From NCBI GenBank assembly GCA_046160105.1, contig JBJXGT010000009.1:27350-91349 (forward strand): a DNA stretch of 64,000 nucleotides, in the 5' to 3' direction. A program made the position numbers and the translations under genes. Positions 20,701-28,608 of this stretch are shown here, one piece after another. The DNA comes from Gemmatimonadales bacterium. GTDB lineage: Bacteria; Gemmatimonadota; Gemmatimonadetes; Gemmatimonadales; GWC2-71-9. The notes under the pieces are model-generated. The model saw only the letters and a list, made by a program, of their open reading frames with translations, did not search any database and was not told where the DNA came from. Positions within the stretch are counted from its first letter, which is position 1; each line of letters opens with the position of its first letter.

Positions 20701-21013
20701 CCGGACTGTACCGAGGGAACAGGTTCCAGGACCGCCCGCTGGTAAGCCGCTTGGCAGCTCCGCCGCCGATCGGCATCTCGTAGATCGTGCCGAGGAGATC
20801 GAACGCCAGGAACCGCCCATCGGGCGACACCGTGAGACTCATCCAGGTGCCTTGGGTCGCGTCGAAGGCCAGCCGCTTGGTCGGGCCGGTCGGGGTCTCG
20901 ACACTCCAAGCCGCCTGGGACTCTACCGATCGGGGCGAGCCGGCCAGCGACACCGCGGCGATGGCAGCGATGGCACCAACGCCACGCGCGACCGAGAGGC
21001 TTCGGGTCGTCAT
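17756..21013 (-). CDS. TolB-like beta-propeller fused to amidohydrolase domain (secreted, 1085 aa)
   Basis: The N-terminal two thirds carry repeated ...SPDG(R)..(A/V)F... propeller blades. The C-terminal third has LIDAHAHPH (H-x-H) and ...VGKLADLVILD.... Confidence 0.85.
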   Translation of the reverse strand: MTTRSLSVARGVGAIAAIAAVSLAGSPRSVESQAAWSVETPTGPTKRLAFDATQGTWMSLTVSPDGRFLAFDLLGTIYEMPIGGGAAKRLTSGRSWNLFPRYSPDGRSIAFSSDRSGQFASWVMDRDGGNLHHLPAAPTENVYRPAWSPDGRTIYAGASGDGIPGLLVAYNLAGGRHQLVRGGAIAAPVAEPTGTGVYYERNERPLYPFGFNPYVIPMGGARIDRYDLLTGEAQTVIERPGGAFAPALSPDGRQLVYLNRSLETTVAIHHDLATRRERVLLRDLDRDRQEAGSDYGPAPSLAWHPDGRRVFLGTGGKILAVDVATGATTPIPFTASVDRELSTTIRFPVAEARRRTTTRVHRFGLPTPQGIVAEALGDLWLDDGKGARRQLTRSDALETSPAYDPATGALYFAAWTDDSLGAVYRMARLGGPVERLTTVPAQYGAIAVSADGARLAYVRGAGGVERGLWLSNEARFDLMIRVDGRERRVTGIEGQPLEYANIAGKQPPSVTFGPGGETLYFTEFERDTLTLKRIDLDGRNEVSLVKFPHAVAAVPSSDLRWIAYREYQRSFLTPLVAVGAPPVVSAIDRLGHSVRVDPEDGGYLTWSADGATVHWTRGSGFYSKAVARIQAEAGLPRTSAPSEWNGPRVPGSTAERSELRFEFEVAASPGVVALTGARVVTMNARREVLENATVIIDGGRISALGTGTSVPAGAKVYDVAGTTIIPGLIDAHAHPHIEHSPLHVIEQHPTYLSGPLAYGVTTLYEVYGNEYRDGWLSDMTRAGRITGPRLFTTGSVIFGQRKGFRLRMYRPVETLDDALEQLRWNKDHGATAVKDYVQDVRKRRHLTATAARILGLNVLSESNGDPQMNLSQISDGITGIEHSMGLVPFYDDVVRFWGGTSAGMTPTLLVVYNGKMGEGWYHQGSKLWEDSKLTRFVLPEQLMRVRNPTHLWPEDMAAWRAAAEMKKLFANGTSLQVGAHGQMFGLDTHWELDLFVKGGFTPAEALEIATIRGATHHGLESQIGSLEVGKLADLVILDANPLVDIANAQKIRYVMKEGLLFAGSDAARVWPDPKPAPRPYFMRRP

Positions 21014-21151
21014 GAGGGCTCCGAACGAGTTGTTTGGGGCGGCGTGACGGAAGACAATCTAGGGGCAAAGCTGATCGCGCGCGAACGGGAGCGCACTGCG
21101 CCGGCCTCGGCCGACTCGATACGCTCCCGCCGGAATTTCCTGAAGCGCAGG

Positions 21152-22015
21152 CTACCGCTGGCGACGAACCTCGATGTTGCCGTTGCCGGAGGTCATCACG
21201 AGCCGGCCGCCGCCGTCGCCGATGGTGCCGCGAACCCGGGAGTGGTTGATCCGGCCGCGGACTTTGAGCGGGAGGTCGACCGACACCCGGCCATTGCCGG
21301 TGCTCGACTGCAGCTCGGCCCCAAAGTCCTCGGGGACCGCGACGGTGATCGACCCATTGCCGGTGCTGAACTCCATGCTCGCCGAGCGCTCGAGCTGGTC
21401 CATGGCGACGTCGATGTCCCCGTTGCCGGAGCTGGCCGTCACCGGTCCGGCCGAGGTGGTCACCCGGATGTCGCCGTTCCCGCTGGAGGCGTCCACCGGA
21501 CCGTGGGCGCCCTCGACCGTGACCCGACCGTTGCCCGACGCCGCGATCACTTCGGGCCCGGCGCCCGAGATGCTCACTTCGCCGTTGCCGCTCCCGGCTT
21601 TGACCCGGACGCCGGCCGGAATTCGGACCGTGAAGTCGATCCGGATCTGGTGTTCTCTCCACCAATCGCTCGAGCGGTTGCGGCCGTGGTAGTCACCGTC
21701 TTCGTCACATTCATCCTCGTCGTCGTAAACGGCGCAGACGGTGAGGCCGCCTGAGCCCCGGCGCACCACGAAGCCGACGTCCTCCGCGTCGCCGCGGCGG
21801 ATGACCTTTTCGGCCCGGACCTCGACCTGGGTCCCGGGGCCTTGGGTGACTCTGATCGTCCCGTTGGGCGAGGCGATCCGGATCCAAGCGCCATCGTCGA
21901 TCCGTTCCGTCAGGGAGTAGGAAGTCCCCTCTCGGCCGACGATTTGCTGAGCGGAGCCGGAATTGACGGAGGCGACGGTGGCGGCGAGCAGGCTCGCCAG
22001 GACGATCAGGCGCAT
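21152..22015 (-). CDS. DUF4097-type repeat protein (putative adhesin-like beta-helix), secreted
   Basis: Start at ATG 22015 (MRLIVLASLLAATVASVNSGSAQ). Seven (S/T)GNG-x-(I/V)-x-V repeats (GSGNGEVSI, ASGNGRVTV, SSGNGDIRV, SSGNGDIDV, STGNGSITV, STGNGRVSV, TSGNGNIEV). Confidence 0.8.
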   Translation of the reverse strand: MRLIVLASLLAATVASVNSGSAQQIVGREGTSYSLTERIDDGAWIRIASPNGTIRVTQGPGTQVEVRAEKVIRRGDAEDVGFVVRRGSGGLTVCAVYDDEDECDEDGDYHGRNRSSDWWREHQIRIDFTVRIPAGVRVKAGSGNGEVSISGAGPEVIAASGNGRVTVEGAHGPVDASSGNGDIRVTTSAGPVTASSGNGDIDVAMDQLERSASMEFSTGNGSITVAVPEDFGAELQSSTGNGRVSVDLPLKVRGRINHSRVRGTIGDGGGRLVMTSGNGNIEVRRQR

Positions 22016-22217
22016 CGGAAACCCTCGAAGGCGGTTTGGACCACCGTTGGATGCCGGCGGGCGAGGAAACGTTGCCAGCCCACTTCTCTCCGGCCACGAG
22101 GAGCCCATCCGGGCCGTGGCGACCCGTGCCGCTGGTCGCGACTAGGAGGCGGGCACGGGCTGGGTCAGCCGAAGATGATCGGCGCAGGCCGATGAACGCA
22201 AGTCACTGGCGCGCGGT

Positions 22218-23801
22218 TCACGGGGCGGACACCGAGCGCGTGAGTCGAAGGTGGTAGGCCCGCGCGCCGAGGTACTCGCGACGCTCCAAGACGTCGATCG
22301 GTTGGTCGAGATGCTCCGAGATCACCTGCGGACCAACCAGCGGCCCTTCGACCTCGACAAGCCAGAAGGTGTGCGCGGGGCCTTGGCTGTTCGACAAGAA
22401 CCGGCGCAGCCGGTCCACCTCCTGGTCGGTAAGCTCCATGCGTTTCCCGCCATCTTTGCGGGTCCCTTGGTCGGTCGGAATCAGTTCGATGGAGTTGGGT
22501 CCGCGGTAGTAATACTGGATGGAAAGCGGATTGGTGTTGAAGCTCACCACTGGTTCGCCCGGGACCTCCTGGGCCATGACCCATTGGATCGGGCCGCGCC
22601 AGTCCCGGCGCCCACGGAAGTTTCGGGTGAAGCTCAAGAACCCGACTATCCCGGCGGCGAGAAGCACCAGTTGGGCGGAGCGGGCGAGGGCCAGCGGACG
22701 CAAGCGGGAAGCAACCAGGCTCGTCGTGAGCAGGATCGGGATGGCGGCAATCACCAAGTGCCGCGTGTCGACCATGGTCTTATTGAGCAACCGGAGGCCG
22801 AGCAGGGAGCCGACGCTGACCACGGTGAAAACGAGAAAGGTTGCTTCGGTACGGCTCACCCGCCCCCGACACTGCCAGAGGCGGAGAGCGACGATCCCGA
22901 TCAGGACGCCAAGGTAGGCTGTGGCGCGTCTCGCCCCATCGTAGACCGCGACGGTCCGATGGACCATGTCGACGACCGTCGTGGCGATCCAGGTCGAGGT
23001 GTTGATGAAGGTCTCCGAAGCGGTCCCGGCGACCAGGGTAATCGGGGGAAGGTAGGAGCCCTGCGTCTCGACCTGGCCGCGGATGATCACCAACCACGGC
23101 AACATCAAGACGGCCAAGGCGATGCCCGAGCCGACCACCCTGGCCCGCTGGGGAAGCAGCATGCCCCCCAGGAACAGCCCCGCGAGGACGAAGCCCGAGT
23201 AATAGAAGGTCTGGAGGGCGCCGTAGCAGGCGAGCACGAACAACACCGTGTCGCGGCCGGGTCGATCGCTGCCGGCGACAAAGACCCGCACGAACAGCAT
23301 GACGGCGGCGGCCAGGAAAGCGAGCGCGACCGCATAGGGCCGGGCCTCGCTCGCGGCCCAGGCGATATGGGCCGTCATCGCGACCAGCACGCCGACGCTG
23401 AATAACCCGCGCCCGATGCCGAGGTCGCGGGAGGCTCGATCAAGGCACCAGACCATGAGCAGGGCCGCCGCGGCCGACATCAACCGCACCGATTCGAGCG
23501 AAGGGTGGATCATTCGCCAGAAGTGAACCATCAAGAAGTACAGCGGCGGCTTTCTCGCGGCTACCAAGGCGTGGTCGATCGTCTCGCCAACCGATTGACC
23601 GGTCCGCGACATCGTAAACGCCTCATCCAACCAGATACTCTTCCGGACAATGACGACAATGGCGCCGAGCAACAGGAGCGCCGCCGCCGCAACGACAGGC
23701 ATCCAGTCGCGCGCCCGGGGGTCCTGGTGGTTCTGGGGCGAATCCGTCAACGCCGCTCCCTCAATTTTGGGTGCCCTTCGAGGCCGCCGGTACCCGCACA
23801 T
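22218..23801 (-). CDS. Integral-membrane glycosyltransferase, GT39/ArnT-PMT-like
   Basis: About 11 hydrophobic helices followed by a soluble C-terminal domain. N-terminal IWLDEAFT motif as in the partial gene at 1..1112. Start uncertain (ATG 23801 or ATG 23702). Confidence 0.65.
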   Translation of the reverse strand: MCGYRRPRRAPKIEGAALTDSPQNHQDPRARDWMPVVAAAALLLLGAIVVIVRKSIWLDEAFTMSRTGQSVGETIDHALVAARKPPLYFLMVHFWRMIHPSLESVRLMSAAAALLMVWCLDRASRDLGIGRGLFSVGVLVAMTAHIAWAASEARPYAVALAFLAAAVMLFVRVFVAGSDRPGRDTVLFVLACYGALQTFYYSGFVLAGLFLGGMLLPQRARVVGSGIALAVLMLPWLVIIRGQVETQGSYLPPITLVAGTASETFINTSTWIATTVVDMVHRTVAVYDGARRATAYLGVLIGIVALRLWQCRGRVSRTEATFLVFTVVSVGSLLGLRLLNKTMVDTRHLVIAAIPILLTTSLVASRLRPLALARSAQLVLLAAGIVGFLSFTRNFRGRRDWRGPIQWVMAQEVPGEPVVSFNTNPLSIQYYYRGPNSIELIPTDQGTRKDGGKRMELTDQEVDRLRRFLSNSQGPAHTFWLVEVEGPLVGPQVISEHLDQPIDVLERREYLGARAYHLRLTRSVSAP

Positions 23802-24290
23802 CGACCGTCCAGCGACCAGAGAGTGTATTGGAATTGCCCCGACCGAGGCGGGCCCGCCCGACCATCCTCAGGCGTCGACCAGAAGGAGGACTTCTCCCCG
23901 TCGAACACACTCTTGGATCTCGGCGAGGCCGAGGACCATTGGACCGGTGATCCACCCACGGTAATTGGATGTGGATGCGGCAGGGGAACCTAGCAAGACG
24001 GATGCCCTCCGACAGGCTTTTCGGACGGAGCAGACAACGGTTGCCCGTTGGTCAGTGGCCGCCTGGTAGTGCCCCGGGTCGATCAACCCCGGCCGGCGAG
24101 TGATGGCAACATGCCACACCTGTTGCGACGCCACCACATTCCCTCCTTGCGGATACCCAATCAGCGGGCAGTTGAATTCAGGATTAGGAGCCGAGCGCGA
24201 GCCCTCGGCGGCTTGGCAAGGGGCCTACCCGGCGGTATCGTCACCTGGCGGGCGGCTTTCCGGCTCCCGTCCTTCCCGTGGAGTGCGTCG

Positions 24291-25079
24291 ATGCCCCCAA
24301 ACCAGTCGAGGCCAGTCGCGTTGGCGCCGCAGGCCCGGATTGGCAACCTCCTCGCGATCGTCGTTGGCGCGCTGGTTACAGCTGCCCTTCCGGCTCGTGT
24401 TGCGGGTCAATCAGCGACCGAGCCGGCCGAAGTGCGGCAGATCGTGACCTTCCTGTTCGTCCCCGGTCGGGCGGCCGAGGCCCAACTCGTTTACCGGGAT
24501 CAGCTGCGACCGATCTACCAGGCCCTTCCGGACCTGCTCCGGTTTCGCGGCTACGGGGAGGTGGAGAGCCCGGAACCGCTCGATCTCGTCGTCGTCAGCA
24601 GCTACCGGGGCATGGCGGGCATGGATCGGGCTAACCAGGCCCTGCGCCGACCGCGCCCCTCGGGGCCGTCGGCGTTGGCGCTCTACGGGATGCTCTCGGC
24701 GATGACGCAGCGCCATCACGACCAGTTCGTCGAAATGATTTCCCGCCTCAGCGATTCGGCGCCGGGGGCGAGTCGCCTCACGGTTTTCGAGTACCTCCGG
24801 CTCGTGCCGGGCACCCGCCCGGCGTTCGAGGACCAGCTGGTTCGGCTCCGAGCGGCCGAGCGGGCCCAGGGGGTAGTCCTCTGGTCGGAAACCGGCCGAC
24901 TCCTCGTCAGTGACGGGTGGGACTATCTCCGCATCTTCGGGATCGGTTCGCTCGGCGATTGGCATCGGTACCTCACCGAGCTGCGAGGCACGGAGGCGGC
25001 CGCCGCCGTGACCTCGCGCGTCGCGGCCCGGAAGACGATCCTCGTTCGCGAGCTGCCCGAGATCGGCGTATCGCGGTGA
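24291..25079 (+). CDS. Hypothetical secreted protein (two ferredoxin-like/ABM-NIPSNAP-like halves, inference)
   Basis: ATG 24291 preceded by GGAG. Signal ...LLAIVVGALVTAALPARVAGQ. Two about 100-aa halves with similar beta-alpha-beta hydrophobic patterning (IVTFLFVPGR... and LTVFEYLRLVPG...). The stop overlaps the permease start. Confidence 0.55.
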   Translation: MPPNQSRPVALAPQARIGNLLAIVVGALVTAALPARVAGQSATEPAEVRQIVTFLFVPGRAAEAQLVYRDQLRPIYQALPDLLRFRGYGEVESPEPLDLVVVSSYRGMAGMDRANQALRRPRPSGPSALALYGMLSAMTQRHHDQFVEMISRLSDSAPGASRLTVFEYLRLVPGTRPAFEDQLVRLRAAERAQGVVLWSETGRLLVSDGWDYLRIFGIGSLGDWHRYLTELRGTEAAAAVTSRVAARKTILVRELPEIGVSR

Positions 25080-26473
25080 CCGCTCCCCCGCGGTCCGAAG
25101 GACCGGGCGGCGAAGGACTTCATCGGCAGCTGTCGGCCGGGCAGCAGGCGATGATGGCGGTCGGTGGCGCCATCGGCACGGGGCTGTTTCTCGGCAGCGG
25201 GCTGACGGTCGCGGCGGCGGGCCCGGCGGTGGTGTTCTCCTATCTGCTGGCGGCGGTGATTTCGTCGCTCTTGTGCGCCGGGCTCACCGAGCTGGCGGTG
25301 GCCCATCCGGCGGCCGGCTCGTTCGGTCTCTACGCCGATCGTTATGTGTCTCCGTTCGCGGGGTACGCGGTGCGGGTCAGCTACTGGCTGATGCAGGTGA
25401 TCGCGACCGGCGGTCACTTGGTGGCGATCGCCACCTACCTCCGATTCTGGTTTCCCGAGGTGCCGGCGTTCGTGTGGGTGGTCGGGTTCGGTGCCGGGCT
25501 GGCGTGGCTCAACACCCGAGAGGTCGGGGCCTTCGGCACGGTCGAGTACTGGTTCGCGATGATCAAGGTCGTGGCGATCGGGTTGTTCGTGGCGTTGGCC
25601 GTCGGCCTGCTGATCGGGGTGGTGGGCGACCAGTCGCCCGGGCTGACCAACTACACCGCCCATGGCGGGTTCGCGCCGAACGGATTCTCCGGCATCTGGA
25701 TCGGCGCCGTGTTCGCCATCTACTCGTTCATCGGCGTCGAGATCGTGGCGGTCACCTCGGGCGAGGCCCGGGATCCGGCCCGGACCATTCCGGTCGCGAT
25801 GGGGCGGATGGTTCTCGGTCTGAGCCTGCTGTACTCCACCACCGTGCTTTTGGTGGTGGGGGTGGCGTCGTGGCGCGAGCTTGGGGTCGGTCAGAGTCCG
25901 TTCGTCACCGTGCTCGCGAGCGCGGGGGTGCCGGTCGCGGCCGGGGTGATGAACTTCGTGGTGCTGACCGCGGCACTATCCAGCGCAAACGCCAACCTGT
26001 ACCTCTGCTCGCGAATGTTGTTCTCGCTGGCGCAAGGCGGTTACGTCCCCGCCTCGCTGGGGCGGCTGGGATCGCAGGGCGTGCCGGCACGGGCCGCGGT
26101 CGTTTCGTCGCTCGGGTTCGGTCTCGCGGTGGTGCTCCAAGCGGCGTGGGGCAACACGGCGGCCTATACCTGGTTTTTCGGGGTTGCGTTGTTCGGGGCG
26201 ATGTTCGTCTGGGTGATGATCTTCGTGACCCATCTCCGGTTCCGAGCCGCTCGCCCCGGCGATTCCATGCCGGTGCGAGTACCGCTCTCCCGGGCCATGT
26301 CGTGGCTCGGCCTCGTCCTGGTGCTGGCGGTGATCGTCTCGACCGGCTGGATCCCGGCGCTCCGGGTTACGATGCTGGTGGCGGTGCCGTGGCTTTGCCT
26401 GTTGGCGTTGGGTTACCACTGGCGCCGCTGGGCGTCTCGACCGCGTACCCCTCCCCGTAGAACTTCGCCGTAG
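25076..26473 (+). CDS. APC-superfamily amino-acid permease
   Basis: GTG 25076 overlaps the upstream stop (GTGA). Segment ...LSAGQQAMMAVGGAIGTGLFLGSG...LTELAVAHPAAGSF... and about 12 TM helices. Confidence 0.85.
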   Translation: MTAPPRSEGPGGEGLHRQLSAGQQAMMAVGGAIGTGLFLGSGLTVAAAGPAVVFSYLLAAVISSLLCAGLTELAVAHPAAGSFGLYADRYVSPFAGYAVRVSYWLMQVIATGGHLVAIATYLRFWFPEVPAFVWVVGFGAGLAWLNTREVGAFGTVEYWFAMIKVVAIGLFVALAVGLLIGVVGDQSPGLTNYTAHGGFAPNGFSGIWIGAVFAIYSFIGVEIVAVTSGEARDPARTIPVAMGRMVLGLSLLYSTTVLLVVGVASWRELGVGQSPFVTVLASAGVPVAAGVMNFVVLTAALSSANANLYLCSRMLFSLAQGGYVPASLGRLGSQGVPARAAVVSSLGFGLAVVLQAAWGNTAAYTWFFGVALFGAMFVWVMIFVTHLRFRAARPGDSMPVRVPLSRAMSWLGLVLVLAVIVSTGWIPALRVTMLVAVPWLCLLALGYHWRRWASRPRTPPRRTSP

Positions 26474-27509
26474 TCCGGGTATGGAAGGTGATGGCCTTGA
26501 TCGGCGGGTACTTCGGGTTGGGCAAGCCGGGAAGTACCTCGAGGATCTCGTCCTCCCAGACGTAGACCGCCAACGGGAACGAAACCCGAGGGCGGCCGTG
26601 GAGCGCCGGCACTCGCGGCTTGCTGACCCGGTGAGTGGTCGAGGGGAGAATGTCGTTGGTGATTCGCTGCATGTAGTCGCCGGTGTTGAGGATGATCGAT
26701 CCCGGCGGCGCGTTGACCCGGACCCACTTCCCGGTCTTCCGACTCAGGGCCTGCAGTCCCTCGACGTCTGGCGCGGGCAGGATGGTGAACAGATCGACGT
26801 CTTCGTGACCGAGGAGCCGGCCCGCCCCCGAGGCATCGTCTTCGGCGGAGATCGGCGGGTAGTAGTTCAGCCGAAATCCGAAGTTGGTTCTGGTGAGCCG
26901 CCGGTCGTAGTGGTGGGGATCGACCCCGAGGTAGCGAAAGATGCTCTGGGTGATCGGGAGGATCAGCCGCTCGTGGGCAAGAACCACTTGGCGGAAAAAC
27001 GGCTCGGCCTCGGGATAGGGCCAGAACTGTCGCCAATCGAACGGTGTGGGCCGGGGCTCGTCGAGTGCGAAGGCTCGGCGGCAGAATACCCAGCCCTCGA
27101 CCAGGTCCGGGTGAATGTCGGAGGTTTCCTTGATCGGGAAGTAGCCCTGCTTGACCGATCCGAACCGTTCCGCGGTGAAGGCGAGCTTGTCCGCCAGGTT
27201 GGGCCGGGTGAACATCTCGACGACTCGCTCCGGTACCGAAGCGTGGAGCGCCGGGTCGACGCCGTGCCCGACCAGGATGGCGAAGCCGATCTCCTCCATG
27301 GCCCGACCGAGTTGCCGGGCGAATTCGGCCTGGCCCTCGGGACCCCCATGGAAGAACAGCCCCATGTCGCAGGTGGCGATCTGGAAGTCCTCGTCGAACT
27401 CGTCGCGGGCCACTTCGGCCAGATGATACTCCTGCGGCCGGCCGACCTGATCGAACCGCTCGAACTCCGTACTCACGGCGTCGACACCGTGCTCTTTCTT
27501 CGCCGACAT
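26367..27509 (-). CDS. 2OG-Fe(II) oxygenase, isopenicillin-N-synthase-like family
   Basis: ATG 27509 preceded by GGGAGG. H-x-D (GHEDVDLFTIL), distal His (STTHRV) and RVSFP. The 3' end overlaps the convergent permease gene by 107 nt. Confidence 0.8.
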   Translation of the reverse strand: MSAKKEHGVDAVSTEFERFDQVGRPQEYHLAEVARDEFDEDFQIATCDMGLFFHGGPEGQAEFARQLGRAMEEIGFAILVGHGVDPALHASVPERVVEMFTRPNLADKLAFTAERFGSVKQGYFPIKETSDIHPDLVEGWVFCRRAFALDEPRPTPFDWRQFWPYPEAEPFFRQVVLAHERLILPITQSIFRYLGVDPHHYDRRLTRTNFGFRLNYYPPISAEDDASGAGRLLGHEDVDLFTILPAPDVEGLQALSRKTGKWVRVNAPPGSIILNTGDYMQRITNDILPSTTHRVSKPRVPALHGRPRVSFPLAVYVWEDEILEVLPGLPNPKYPPIKAITFHTRTTAKFYGEGYAVETPSGASGNPTPTGKATAPPPAS

Positions 27510-27642
27510 GGAGCCTCCCGCGAACGAGGATGACGGCGGCTCCCGGCCGCCGGTGTCAGGGAGCATACCGTCTCGGTCGAATGGCCGCCAGCCGGTCGAT
27601 GGCGTTTGCCGGATGCCGCGGCGGCAGGGTAGCTTGCTTTCC

Positions 27643-28572
27643 ATGAATCCGCATCGTGTTCGTTCGCCTGGATCCGTTCCGCGGATCGGACGTCGTCTCC
27701 TGGGGGCCGCCGTTGGCATCGCGACGGTGACCTCGCTCGTCGCCGCGCAGTCGTCGTCCCGGCCTCGTCCGGGCCAACCGGTCATCCTGGTCACTGGGGC
27801 CACCAGCGGACTCGGTCGTGAGGTCGCGCTGCGGCTCGCCGCCGGCGGCGCTCACGTCATCGCGCACGGTCGTGATCCGGCCCGAGGGGCCGAGTTGATC
27901 GGGGAGATCGAGCGGGCGGGGAAGGGAAGCGCCCGGTTCTACACCGCGGACTTCGCCTCCAACGCCGAGGTGCGCCGGTTCGCCCAGGCGATCCTCGCCG
28001 ACTACCAGCGCCTCGACGTGCTGGTCAACAACGCCGGGGTCGGCACGGTGCCGGTCGACCGGGAGCTCACCGCCGAGGGATACGAGTATCGCTTCCAGGT
28101 GAACTACCTGTCCGGGTTTCTCCTGACCAAGCTGCTGCTGCCGCGGATCCTGGCGAGCGCCCCGTCGCGAATCGTCAACGTCTCGTCGCTGTCGGCGAGC
28201 CCGATCGACTTCGACGACGTGATGATCGCCAAGAATTTCAGCCCGAGGCGGGCCTACGGTCAGAGCAAGCTGGCGCAGGTGATGTTCACCTTCGATCTGG
28301 CCGAGGAGCTGGCCGGGAAGAACGTCCTGGTCAACGGGCTCCATCCGGCCACCTTGATGCCGACCGGGATGGTGGCGAAGGCCGGTTACCAACCCCGTTC
28401 GACGGTGGACGACGGCGCCAAAGCGGTTCTCCAGCTGGTGCTTTCCAAGGACATCGGGACCGGCGGGTTCTACGACGGCCTCGCCCCGGGGCGGGCGCAT
28501 GCCCAGGCCTATGACGTGGCGGCCCGAGCACAGCTCAAACGGGTGAGCGAGGAACTGACCAGCCGGCCGTGA
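27643..28572 (+). CDS. Short-chain dehydrogenase/reductase (possibly exported)
   Basis: Motifs TGATSGLG, NNAG and YGQSK. With ATG 27643 the protein has a signal-like N-terminus (RIGRRLLGAAVGIATVTSLVAAQSS). In-frame GTG 27727 would give a cytoplasmic form. Confidence 0.75.
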   Translation: MNPHRVRSPGSVPRIGRRLLGAAVGIATVTSLVAAQSSSRPRPGQPVILVTGATSGLGREVALRLAAGGAHVIAHGRDPARGAELIGEIERAGKGSARFYTADFASNAEVRRFAQAILADYQRLDVLVNNAGVGTVPVDRELTAEGYEYRFQVNYLSGFLLTKLLLPRILASAPSRIVNVSSLSASPIDFDDVMIAKNFSPRRAYGQSKLAQVMFTFDLAEELAGKNVLVNGLHPATLMPTGMVAKAGYQPRSTVDDGAKAVLQLVLSKDIGTGGFYDGLAPGRAHAQAYDVAARAQLKRVSEELTSRP

Positions 28573-28608
28573 GTCGGTGACCCGCCCGCCCGGCGGCGAG
28601 ACGGACGG

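Noticed and set aside
23868-24137. 89-aa minus-strand ORF in the long intergenic region
   Set aside because: No RBS, odd composition (...VVCSVRKACRRASVLLGSPAAST...) and no recognisable family. Kept only as part of the intergenic-region observation.
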